Shown one piece after another: positions 12,781 through 25,190 of a stretch of 64,000 nucleotides of DNA. The stretch covers positions 52,762,001 to 52,826,000 of the forward strand of contig NC_135824.1 of assembly GCF_964213995.1 (NCBI RefSeq), given 5' to 3'. Every line of letters starts with the position of its first letter. The stretch's first letter is position 1. The notes under the pieces are model-generated. The model searched no databases and was not told where the DNA came from. It saw only the letters and a list, made by a program, of their open reading frames with translations. This DNA is from Mustelus asterias. Taxonomy: Eukaryota. A program made the translations under genes and the position numbers.

Positions 12781-13106
12781 TTGTTGTAAAAACAATTTCT
12801 ACACAATTCCCAGTTAAATGTATGAATGCCGATCTTTTATTTATGAGGCCTTGTGTTGGTCTTTCACTAAAGTGAAAATATGATCCCTCTGTCTAATCCA
12901 TTCAACCTCCAAATTATCTATCAGGTCCACTTCAAACTTCTCTTCAGTCGAAACGAATATGGGCAGTCTTCCCAATAAGTTACAATCCCTCAGTTCTGGT
13001 AACCCTTGACTTTTATTGTCAATAACATGTTCACTCGACAAGACAACATGGTGAGGCGAATCACCGCGCAGAGTTGTCAGCGAAAGCTGTTTCCTGCTGC
13101 CTTTGG

Positions 13107-13621
13107 GGTTTTTGTTGAGCTGCTCCATCTCTCTGAGCCACTGTGACTACTCCAGGCGCAGTAATACACGGCCGAGTGATTCGCCAGCAGGCTGGTGGCA
13201 TTCAGCTTGAACTCATTGATATTCGGTCTCACGGCGGTGAAGCCGTCCATCGTCCCTTCTGATTTCACGTTTTGTGCAGTTATAGAATAAAACATCAGCT
13301 GCAGCCCCCTGCCCGGAAATTGTCTGTACCAGTACATGTTACCGCTACTGGCTCCCTTAGCGTCACAATCCAATTTCACTCCATCCCCAACGAGTTTGGA
13401 GACAGCGGCGGGGGTCTGATCGATCTGCACTGAGTTCACATCTGGAAAAGAAATGGGGTGGGCAGGAGGTTAATAAATATTGAAATTCTGGTGGTGAAAC
13501 AGCAAAAGGAAATAAAAGAAAACACTTGAGGGAGAAGGAAAGGAAATCATGAGAGATTGTTGTCCAGAGAAAAACATGACTTACATTGAAATAACACCGC
13601 GAGGCCTAGTAACACATACAT
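13107..13621 (-). CDS. TRBV: V4: functional TRBV30-like V segment (leader 13585-13621, V exon 13146-13441, RSS 13107-13145)
   Basis: Leader MYVLLGLAVLFQ, gtaagt/ccag splice sites, open exon ending YYCAWSS, consensus RSS cacagtg-23-acaaaaacc. Confidence 0.93.
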
Positions 13622-14355
13622 CTTTAATGTTAACCTTTTGTTGTGTTCGAAAAATATGCGGTAAAACTAGAGACCAGTAGTCTGGTGAGTCAACCCGGCG
13701 TCTGTCAAATCATTGAGAAAACCTGAAGGGCCAAAGGGAACCCCACCCTCCCTGGCAGAAAGACACGCCCTATTTCTATGATTCGCTGAAAGTGGGAGCA
13801 GGAAATGCCAAAAGGGGCAGAAACAAATGAAGCGAGTGTGCAAAGAAAACGGATAAAATATGAGCGAGAGATTCAGCAGGTCTGACAGCACCTATGGAGA
13901 GAGAATAGGGCCAACGTTTCGTGTCTGGATGTCACCATCGTCCGCTCTGAAAAAGGGCAATCCAGGCTCGAAACGTTGGTTCTATACTCTCTCCGCAGAT
14001 GCGGTCAGGCCTGCAGAAATTATCCAGCATTTTCTGCTTTTGTTTCAGATTCCAGCATCCGCAGTATTTTCCCTTTGGACAAAATGTGACATCGCCCTAA
14101 GCAATTTAGAGTGGCGCATCTTCTAACTGGCGAGAGGATCTGTGGCGAAGGAAAAGAATTCAGCGCCCTAATTAACTAAAACCAGGCAGGCCTGGACAAA
14201 AAGGAATTCAAATTCTAATCGAATGCTCGCATTTGCGCCACGGAAACTGGGATATCAATGCGGCGAAGTTTCCTTAAATTGTAACTGAACTCTAGAACAC
14301 TGGGCTCAGATCTGGGAAGGCACATCCAAACCAACGACATAACACCCACATCCAG

Positions 14356-14645
14356 GGGCGGCACGGTGGGCACAGTGGTTAGCATTGCTTCCTCACAGCG
14401 CCGGGGTCCCAAGTTGAAATCGCGGCTTGGGTCACTGTCTATGTGGAGTTTGCACGTTCTTCCCGTGTCTATCTGAGTTCTCTCTGGGTGCTCCGGTTAC
14501 CGCCCACAGTCCGAAAGATGTGCTGGTTCGGTGTATTGGACATGCGAAATTCTCTCTCAGTGTACCCGAACAGGCGACGGGTGGATTTTCACAGTAACTT
14601 CATTGTAGTGTTAATGTAAGCCTACTTGTGACACTAGTAAATAAA
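14356..14645 (+). mobile_element. HE1-type SINE; paralog ~30638-30925
   Basis: ggggcggcacggtgggcacagtggttagc head; ends approximate. Confidence 0.75.
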
Positions 14646-15199
14646 GAAGGATGTAGGGATTGCTAGGAAGGATTGCAAAATAGATTCACCAGCATGATAT
14701 GGGGGCTTGTTTTACAATCCCGGGCGTCGCTGACAAGGGCACGAAATGTTGCGCATCCCGAATTGCCCTTAAAAAGTGAGTGGTATTCCAGAGGGCAGTT
14801 AAGAGTCAACCACATTGATCTGACGTCAAATGCTTTTACAATAATCGACAATTATTCCGCGGTCACCATTACTTAGACCGGCTTTCAATTCCAAACTTCG
14901 TTTTTTGTTAATTCAATTCAAATTCCATTGGCTGGGAAGGTGAGTCCTGAACATTGCCCGCAAGAGCCCGAACTGCTGCACTAGTCGCCCAGTGACAGTA
15001 ATACTACACCACGGGCTGCACCGACATCAACCAAGAAATCATAAAGACAAGTTCCTTCAGCTTGTCTGCCTTCCCTTGTGTTCAGGAGGTTGAGGGAGGG
15101 GTGAACTGATTTGCATTTTTAGTATTTTAGAAGGAGAATTTGAGGTCAACTGAATAATGTACTGCAGAGTTGGGAGACAGCACCATACACTGTCACAAT

Positions 15200-15518
15200 T
15201 AGAATCATAGAAACTCTACAGTGCAGAAAGAGGCCACCTGGCCCTTCGAGTCTGCACCGACCACAATCTCACCCTGGATCTACCCGCTAATCCCTCTAAC
15301 CTCCGCATCTCAGGACATTTAGGGGCAATTTTAGCATGGCCAATCAACCTAACCCGCACATCTTTGGACTGTGGAAGGAAACCGGAGCACCCGGAGGAAA
15401 TCCATGCAGACACGAGGAGAATGTACAAACTCCACACAGACAGTGACCCAAGCTGGGAATCGAACCCAGGTCCCTGGAGCTGTGAAGCAGTAGTGCTAAC
15501 CACTGTGCTACCGTGCCG
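15200..15518 (-). mobile_element. HE1-type SINE; paralog ~31483-31821
   Basis: Full SINE on the minus strand; ends approximate. Confidence 0.8.
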
Positions 15519-15654
15519 CAATAAGGGCCGAACCATTCAGAGGGGAGGTCACGAAACATTCCTTCACACAAACGGTAGGGGAATTCTGGAACACTTTCCC
15601 CCACAGAGAATGGTCGAAGGCTGATGCTCAATTGGACATTTCAAGACTAAGATT

Positions 15655-15885
15655 CATAGAAGAAATCATAGAAACCCTACAGTGCAGAAGGAGGCCATTC
15701 GGCCCATCGAGTCTGCACCGACCACAATCCCACCCAGGCCCTACCCCCACATATTTTACCCACTAATCCCTCTAACCTACGCATCCCAGGACTCTAAGGG
15801 ACAATTTTTTAAACCTGGCCAATCAACCTAACCCGCACATCTTTGGACTGTGGGAGGAAACCGGAGCACCCGGAGGAAACCCACG
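15655..15885 (-). mobile_element. 5'-truncated HE1-type SINE present only in copy A
   Basis: Absent at the paralogous site ~31951-31960. Confidence 0.8.
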
Positions 15886-16789
15886 CTGGTATAGGTTTCT
15901 TGGTTAGTGCGTTGAAAAATGTGGGCTAAAGGTGAGCGAGTATCGATCAGCTATGATCTCATTGTAAAGCATTGCGGTAATGTCACTCGACTGGTAATCC
16001 AGAGCTTAATGTTCCTCGGGATATGGGCCCATATCCAACCACGGCAGTTGGTGAAATTTCAATACAATACATTAGTACCTATCTGGAACCGTGAGCAAGG
16101 AAACATCAAGCTGATTGCCACCTACTGCCAGCAACCCACTCTGCAATGATAAATCAATTCTCATCCATGTCGGAATGTCTGTTGGCATTCTCAGTCTGGC
16201 AAGAGCGCTCACTGCAACCTGGATGGGGATTTTCAAATCCCAGCAACATTGCAGCTTGGTAGCACCTTCATTGGCCCAATCGGAAAGATCATAGCTGATA
16301 GGCTGAAGCTGCAAGAGGTGTTGAGAGGACCAATAAGAGAGCCAAGCCTATTCGACTTAATCCTTACCAAGTCACAATACTAATGGATTGCAAAAAGATC
16401 TGGTGGATCAAAACAGAGCATCCATGAGGCATGGTGGGTCACCGGCAGCAGTAGAATGCTGCCGGTGTAGGGTGCTATGGCTTGCTGAACTGTGCATGAG
16501 AAAGCTTGGTGGGAGTGCAGTGCTGAGGTGTCACTCCCTACGTACCAAAATGTCCAGTGAAATGTTTTCACCTTTAATGAACACGAGTAAAGAGTTGCTC
16601 TATGTGGGATCTTCCTGCGCAAACATGTAGCGCAATCACCTGGATTACAGAAATGAGTACACTTCAACAGAGATGATGCCTTTGCTGTGATAACCGTGGC
16701 GTTGAACCAGTGTCACACAAACTCCCGACTACATTCGTTCAGAAAGTTGCACAGGTGTTGACCTAAGAATGACGCAGAGGGCGTTAAGA

Positions 16790-17125
16790 AGATTTTATGT
16801 GAGCTTGTGGCAGCTTTGTACCGTTGTGCTTTAGTTGCGACGCAGAAATAGGTCGCAAAGTCTGTCAGGCTGGGACTGTTCAGTTGCAGGGTGAAGTTGT
16901 TGCTCCCAGCATCAAGTTGGGTGGCGAAACGCGGCTGGAAATCGGGCCCACAGCCACCGTATCCGCTGCAAATCCACTCTATGGTGGCTCCCTGCTCCCT
17001 GTACCAGAACATTGTGTAAGAGCCCTTACTATCTCCTACCAAATTGCAGAACAGACTAAGGGCCTGTCACGGTCTGAAAGAAGCCGCAGGTGGGAACTGG
17101 GCTACGATGGGTGCCGCCCGAACCC
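16790..17125 (-). pseudogene. V1-B: duplicate of V1 pseudogene (V exon 16829-17125)
   Basis: Identical to V1, including the TGA at 17067-17069 and the degenerate RSS. Confidence 0.88.
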
Positions 17126-18791
17126 CTAAAGCAGATTTAAAGAAAGAAAAACGGCTTAGAACAGTCGAATGATGCAGAAAAGAGGCCTTTCGGCCCATCA
17201 TAATATACTTAGTTCTTTGAAATTGCCATCAAATTACTCTCACCCTCCGTCTTTTGCACGTAGCCCTGAAAATCCCCTCAACTGCGTATCTATTCCATTT
17301 ATAACTTTATTACGTCTTGCAGTCATTAATAAATTCGCGTAATTCACCGTATTTCGCTGTTGGCAGGGAATATTTGAGGCGAAAACACTTACAATACATC
17401 CAGTGCGCCACCAAAAAGCTGAGGAAGATGACGGGCATTCTAGGTGAGAAATCTGTTGCCTTTCTGATGAGGTAACAAGGAAGGATAATGAGTTACCAGT
17501 AAAATTCAACGGAAATGCAACCGGATGCAATTGAACTGCGCCTGAAGATCGGCCAACCAATCGTGTGCCTGGGCCACACAGGTCAGCAGTTTGAGCACAT
17601 AAGGACCATATCATTTGCTTCTGCTTGTTATTTTGCGAAATCGTGGGTCAGCACAGAAGGCGATCCCCGATATCAGAGGGTCACTTCCGGCCTGGCAGTG
17701 TAAGCAATGTTTGTCTCTCAATGTATCGCTCGGAAGGAAAATATTAGCTGGGCTTTGCATTGGATAATTGTGGGTTCTTCCTCTGTAGATGCAGGCTGCC
17801 GCCCTTCCTTCACTACAGTGTTGTTTGAACTTTCAAAACATAGCAGCAAAGCACATAGAACAGAGAAAGTGCACGAGCTTCTTGCTTGATGCAGAGAGGT
17901 ATTGAACACAAAAGCGGGAGATTGCAAAAAAATATTTATAAAGTTCTCATTGGCCAATATCTAGATTATTGTGTCCAGTTCCGGTCGCCAGAATTTAGGA
18001 CGGATGTCAGAGTCTTTGAGAAGACGTAGAGGGGGCTTATAACAATTGTTCCGGGATGAGGAAATTTCACTACAAAGTTAAATTGGAGCATCTCGGATTG
18101 CTGTCCTTGGAATGAAGGGGATTGAAGAGAGATCTGACCAAAATGAGGACAGGTTAAGATACGATCGACAAAGGAAACGTACTCCCGGGTTAGGTGGATT
18201 GGCCGAGCAAAATTGTCCCTTCATGTCAGGAAGACTAGCGAGGGTAAATGTATGCGGTTATGGGGATAAGGACTGGGTGGGATTGTGGTGAGTGCAGACT
18301 CGATGGGCCCAATGGCTCACTTCTGCACTGCAGGATTCTATGATTCAATGTTCTATGATTAGCTGATGGTTCGAGAACGCGGGAACGCAGATGCAACACT
18401 TTTTTTTGCGAGGGTGCAGTTACAGCGGGATTATGAGGAGAAATGCTATGGCGCAGCGGATGGTAATAGGTTGGAACACGCGGCCTCCAGGGTGGTTGAA
18501 ACTGAGACAATCAACTCAAAAGAAATCGAGTTGACACTGAAGGGGAGTACAATGCAGAGCTACAGGGATATAGCGGGGGAATGGATCTAATGAGCTTGTT
18601 CTGGAGAGCCAGTGTAGATTTGATGGGAGGAATAGTCGCCTTTTGTGCCGGAATGACCTGTGATTAGCACGCTGTAAAGATGAGCCGTCTTGGAAAGGTA
18701 ACGTTTCTACACAAATAGAATCTCGCTCATTCTCTTACTGAGCTTTGCATATCACGCCGGTGGGTTTGAGCGCATCTGGGAATGGTGTGGA

Positions 18792-20331
18792 CGTTTTTGT
18801 ATTAGTCTGCAGGAGGGCTGTGCCTCTGTGTTAAACTAGCTGCGCAGTAATAGGTTGCCGAGTCTATCAGCTTGGAGTCTCTCAGCTGGAGGTTCAAGCG
18901 GTTGTTGGTGGGGTCATGTTGCACCGCGAAGCGCTGCTCAAAAGCTGTGTCACAGCTGCCGGATTCACGGCACATCCACTCTATTGTCTTCCCCTGCTGC
19001 CTGTACCAATGCAATGTGTAGCTGCTTATGCTGGCTCCCTCCAACCAGCAGCTCAATTCGAGAGGCTGTTCCTGTAAAATAGCGGCCGCGGCTGGAGACT
19101 GGAGCACAGTGGGTGCAGCCCAAACCCCTGGAATAAATTTTAAGGACAATTAGATTAGAAGCAGATCTTTAAAACGTTAACAGGCAATTGTAGAATTTGT
19201 CAGTAGAGAAGGAGACGATTCGGCCAATAACATCGACAAGAACTGCCTATTAGGACTGTGGGCCTAATGGCTACACGACTATAAGACCATAAGACATAGG
19301 AGCAGAATTGGGCCACTCTGCCCATCGTGTGTGCTCCGCCAATCAACCGTGACTGTTATTTCTCTCATCCCCATTCTCCTGCCTTTTCCCCATAACCCCT
19401 GATCCCCTTTTTAATCAAGAACCTGAACCCTCGGGACACGGGAGCAAATCCTAGCACGTCAGTTTTTTTTCGGAACTTCAATGAATAAATATTATTCACT
19501 TCAAATATATATGGAAAGGAAAGATAGTCTCAATAATTGTTGCCATTCGAGCATTGGTGATTGTTGATAGAAACCTATTTTGTTCCCGCTGAGTCGGAAA
19601 TGCAGCCAGCATAATCAAGGACCCCACGCAGCACGGACATACACTCTTCCACCGTCTTCCGTCGGGAAAAATATACAAAAGCCTGAATACACTCACCAAC
19701 AGACTCAAGAACATTTTTTTCCATGCGATCATCAGACTTTTTTGAATGGTCCTATCATATATCAAGCTGATCTTTCTCTTCATCCTACCTGTAACTGCAA
19801 CATTATATTCTGAGCATGTTCCTTTCCTTGTTCCCTATGTACTCTACGAACGATATGTTTTGTCTGTATGGTGCGAAATATTGTAACCCAATATATGTTA
19901 CAATAATAATCAAATCAAATCAATGCTCCTCAGGGAAGGAAATCTACCGGCCTCACCTGGCCGGGCCTGCATGTGACTCTGGATCCAGGATATTTGACCC
20001 TACTGCTCTCAAGACAAGTTGGGATGGGCAACAATCGCCTGCATGGCGAGCGGCAACCGAATTCCATGAAATCATTTAAAAGGCCAATTACGTTAATTTG
20101 CCGCAGTTCTGACCCAATGCCCTCCCAATCCGCCCCTTCCACACCTGTGAGCATTGATGCAATTTCGTTTCGAAAACGTATATGGAACATGCGACCCATT
20201 TGAGCATAATTTCTATTCCCCGCTTCCACTGTTGGTAAAAAAATAGATTTCGCCAACCAGCACTTACAACCAATCCAGTGTCCGAGAGAAAAGGTGACCA
20301 AGATTGTGGCAGTTTCGGCTGAGATTGCCAT
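18792..20331 (-). CDS. V2-B: duplicate of V2 (probable leader 20268-20331, V exon 18831-19127, RSS 18792-18830)
   Basis: V exon identical to V2; same RSS. Confidence 0.85.
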
Positions 20332-23300
20332 CGCCTTTCTCAGGAGCTGAGGAACAGAGGCACTTAACGATAAGACGGCGCTTGTGAAATTACTCGTCTG
20401 GCATTACAAATGCCACAAGTTATGACGAACTGAACCGAATACTTGGTTGGCCAATCATGTGGCTGAATAACACATTGTCGGCAAATAGAACACACGGGGA
20501 TCATTTCCGCTGGGAGCACTGTTTCTTTTGCAAGTTTTTCCAAGTCCCCCTTCCCTGCTTTTTCTCGTTCCTACATCATTCCTTGTCTTCCTTTCTCCTC
20601 CTTTCCACCTACTATCGCCTTATTGATCATCGTTCAGAGATGAATCCATTCAGTAGTAAATGAGCATGCGTGGCGCAGCATTGCCATCTGTTGCTTTAGA
20701 GGCTGTGTGAGGCTGAGGAAACACAGCACACCAATCTCGCAATTGTTACGTTCAGAGCACGTCTACGGGCAGTGCATCTGTCGGGTGAATGCACTTGCAT
20801 CTTTATCCAGCAATTCTTTTTGTTCTGCGATTGACACTTACTCGGATTGCCAAGGACTTCTCCCACAGGAAACATGTGTTAGGCTTTGGAAAGGCCGTAT
20901 TGCTCTGGCAAACGTATTTAAGAACGGAGGGAGATAGACAACAGGGGACCACAGGCCAGTTAGCCTGACACCTGTTATTGGAGAAATCCTGCGATTTACA
21001 GAAACATAATGGCATCAAGCAGCGTCTGCGCGGTTTTGTAAAACAAAGTTTCGTTTGACAAATGTATGAGTTATTTGAGGATGTGAGGACGAGCAAAGTG
21101 GATAAAGGGCAACCACTAGACGTAGGGTGTTTTGATTTCGAAAAGTAATTCCATAGGTGCCGCAAATAAAATGTCCACACAGCAGAACAGCTCATGTTGT
21201 TGTTTACTTTCTCTCTGCTGCGTTTATTTATTGCTTTATCCGTCTTAATTATCTTTCGTTGCAGCTGGACGGGAACAATGCAGGGTCCTGCCATGAGCAC
21301 TTACTTTTGACGTAGATTCTGTTTAATTATTTGTGCAGTTGTCACAAGTGGGGAGGCGATGGCCTCGTGGTATTTTCGCAAGACTCTTAATCCAGAAACT
21401 CAGCTCATGGTCTGGTGGACCGGGTTCGAATCCCGCCACAGCACAATTTGAATTCACTAAAAAAATCTACTGATGGCCCTGAAACGATTGTCGGAAAACC
21501 CACCTGGTTCACTAATGTCCTTGAGGGAAGGAAATTTACCTTTCTGACATTTAAGTGACTCCAGAGCCATATGGTGGACTCTCCAATGCCCTCCAAGGAC
21601 ACCTGTAAATGCTGACCCAGCCAGCGACGCTCATGTCCCACGAATAAATAAAAAAATCCGCTCGCCCTGCCAAAGCGCCAAATGTATTATTTAACCGGTC
21701 CGACCCCTATATTGCCTTTTCGCACCCATGCCCCGCTTCACTGGCTCAAAACCTATTCCAGCTCTAACATTTCCCAGCGTGTTTTTGAAACTCAAGCTAT
21801 CTTTGATCTGGAGCCCGGGCTTCAAACCCGGAGGGTATCGGAAATTTCGAGCATGCGGATAATGGTTGTGAACTGCGCATGCGTAGAGCCGCTTTCTAAC
21901 TTTCTTTGGGGACCGGTGCACCTTTGTATAACAATGAACCGTGCGGAGATGGGTCAGGGAGAGAGCCCAAAACAAAGTCCCAGGTAGGGATAGAGACTGG
22001 GGATAGAAACAGATCCTGACGAAGCTAAGGCAAAACGAGGGAGTAGAGAAACAGCTATGAGTAACAGCTTTTAAGGGACGTGAGCTTGAAAGAAGCTCGG
22101 ATGATCAAAGATTAATCAAGAGAAGGTCTGAAGGTCCAACAGGTAGCTGAAGTTTGATTACTCCATTGGGGCAAATGTAACCCTTTTTGGAGAAGTTGTG
22201 TTTTGCTTGGCACAGCGGAAGATCAGGATCTGGGGTGTGAAATTGGTGTTTGAGTGTAGACTGGCGAATTCACTGGAATGGAATCTTGAGTTGGGATTGA
22301 AACCTGCAAAACGAATTGTCCTTGAAGCTGCCCAAATGCGAGCGAATCTTGGAGAGAATGCCCAAGGCAAGATCTTCAAATGTGTAGATTGGGAGCCGAC
22401 ACGAGAGAAGCTGACGATGAGTGAGATTGGTTGGCTCGCCGTGCTTACTGATGTCTTGGCGGTTTGTTGAGAAATCCATGAACACTGTCTTGGTCGCATC
22501 TGCTATTTATGGTATAGGTGTGGAGTTCGACCACAGTTGACAGTAAACTGTCAACACCGAGGGTCAACCCACCATGCTCAATCAACCCAACTCGCAAATC
22601 CCCGGACCACGGGAGAAAACCATTCGCGTGTATCGAATGTGTCTCCCCACTGCAGGTGTATTGAACATAAATTGTAATTCATTTAATCCCTTTGTCCATA
22701 TGCAGTAACGTTTAATTTTGCTGTTTAAACACCACCGGATCTTTGTGACTTTATTCACTGAGCAAATGCCTTGAATGTCAAACCTTGTCTACTTTAAACT
22801 CAACGTCATTGATCTCTGACTAATAGCCTGGTGGTCTGGCCAATGATTGTAACAAGCTGTACAGAGGAAATAGAAGCAGGAGAATGCCATTTGTCTCACT
22901 GAGTATCCCCTGCCATTCCATAAGATAGCAATTGAGAATTCACCATATTGGCATGGATTTTGAGTCATACGAAGGCCAAAATATGCAAGGGTGTTAGACC
23001 TTCCTCCGTAAGTAACATTATTGGACCAGACAGGTATTTCACAAACCAATAATAGAATAATAAACATTACTGAAATTACCATTGTTATGTAGGTTTAAAC
23101 AATGGAATTCAAATTTGACCAATAACCTTGGAGGATTTAAAGCCTAGTCCACCAGAGGATTAGTCTGGGTCTCTGGATTGCCAGACCATTGATATTATCA
23201 TCCCACCATCACCTCAAGGTTGCCGCACTGAATACAGGTATGATAGACTTCAGATGTGTGAATGGCCTTGTTATTTTTATAGAAGAAAATGTCGAGTGGA

Positions 23301-24629
23301 TACTTGAGGAAATTGTTCAGAAGTGGACAGAATAGATCAGAAAATATTATATCCCCCAAGTTCAAGGGCTATTCGGGATGGAAAACAGTCGCCCATATCC
23401 CATCAAAGAATCAACCTGCACCATCTCCAATGCCTTCATATCTTTTTCAACCTGTTTGCCCAAGATTGGACAGAGTAGTCCAAAAGAAGCCAAAAAATCT
23501 TCTAGATATTACTTATTACTTGTCTGGACAATCAGTTCCTTTGTCGTTAAGCGGAAGAATAGGTCGACCTTTTTGGAAATTGTGCTTTTAAGACATTTGA
23601 GTACCAGCGGAGGTTTCCGGTTGGTTTGTTTATCATTAACCTGGAACCTCTCCTCAGTAGCGCTCGTTACACGCATTGAGACTTCAACCAATAAGTTTCT
23701 GGCCAGGAGTGTAAATGATACCAACTGAGCCACGGTTGACCCTCAGAGTTAGCAATGTATAGGATTAATGGGCATTCCAACGTCCATTTGCAAGCACGGC
23801 CGGGTGCCGGGTGATTTGATAGAAGCTCCCCATTCTTCCAAGAAGGAGGCCACGACATCCATCGTTCCGGAATTATCCATTCTCCCTTGTTACTTTTCTG
23901 AAAAGTAACTGCTTATGGGATCATAGAATTATAGAATCCCTACAGTGCAGAAGGAGACCATTCAGCCCATCAGTTCTGCACCGACCACAATCCCACCCAG
24001 ACCCTATCCCCATAACCCCATGCATTTACCCAAGCGAGTCCCCCTGACACTAAGGGGCAATTGAGCATGGCCAATCCACCTAACCCGCACATTTTTGGAC
24101 TTCACGATGTATCTGATTCAATAGTGAACACGACTGTTAATTTCCCGCAGTAGAGTTACATCAAAACCATACCTTTCCTAATAAAAGACCCTCATTATTG
24201 TAAATAACTTTCGTTCTTATATTTTCCCTGCTTTGGGAAAAGCAATCCCAGTTCCGCTCATCTCTCCATGTAACGAAAGATGCTTCACGCTGGTACCTTT
24301 CTGATCAATACCCCTTACTTTAAGCAGAATAATTGCATCTTCTCATATCTAACCAGCTAACTGACATGACTGGTAACATTCCGGGAAATCTCTTCTGCTC
24401 TTCTACTCTTTCTGTCGTTCCTTCCTAGTTTGTTAAATTCTGGCTTGCTTTCGTTCTTTCTTTCTATTTTTCGTCCACACTTCCCTGCACTGCTTCTTTC
24501 TTTCAATCTTTCCAGCTTTAATCTGTCGTTTTCACTCTCTCCTTGTTAAAAGGGCACGCAGTCTGTAAAATAAACCCACACTGACGCAATGGTTTCATTC
24601 ACAAGTGTTTCCTGTTGCCTTTGTTCAAT

Positions 24630-25190
24630 AGTTTTTGTTGAACTGCTCCATCTCTCTGAGTCACTGTGAAGACTCCAGGCGCAATAATACACGGCCGAAT
24701 GATTCACCCGCAGGCTGGAGGATTCCTGGTCGCTTGGCGGTGAAACTGTCCACCGTCCCCTTTGGATTCACGTCTTGCACAACTGCGGAGTGAAACATCA
24801 ACTGGGGCTCCTTGCCGGGGTGTTGCCTGTACCAGAACCTCCTACCAGCGCTGCTGCCCTTCACGGTGCATTTCAGAACCACTCCGTCCCCGGGATGTTT
24901 CGAGACAGCAGCGGGAAACTGGAGGAAATTCTCTGAGTTCACGCCTGAGTAAAGTACGGGGAGAGAAAGAAGTCAATAAACAGAGACATTCCCATAGTGG
25001 GGAGAGCGAAAAGGGAATGAATGATAAAAGCGACAAAGGCAACAGAGGGACAGAAAGTGAGGAAGATGGAGGGGGACGGGGGGTGGCGGGGAGGGGGGGG
25101 GGGGAGGGGGGGGGGAGGTGGTGGAGCACGAATTTCTGAGTAAATATGCTTACAATGAAATAAAATCACCAAGCCCAGGACCAGGTACAT
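24630..25190 (-). pseudogene. TRBV: V3-B: TRBV30-like V pseudogene (leader 25154-25190, V exon 24669-24944, RSS 24630-24668)
   Basis: Net 20-bp deletion in FR3 near 24727 causes a frameshift; RSS intact. Confidence 0.9.

Larger units (their letters stand above)
1..16457. repeat. Tandem segmental duplication, copy A (starts left of the window); carries V1, V2, V3, V4
   Basis: Position 1 onward matches 16599 onward (offset 16598, then 16590 after an 8-bp indel near 907); colinear to 16457, which matches 32517. Confidence 0.95.

Noticed and set aside
13077-13145. Open reading frame continuing through the RSS (HSDSERWSSSTKTPKAAG) in most family members
   Set aside because: By-product of conserved RSS and flank sequence; ends at variable stops, with no splice donor or TM segment seen
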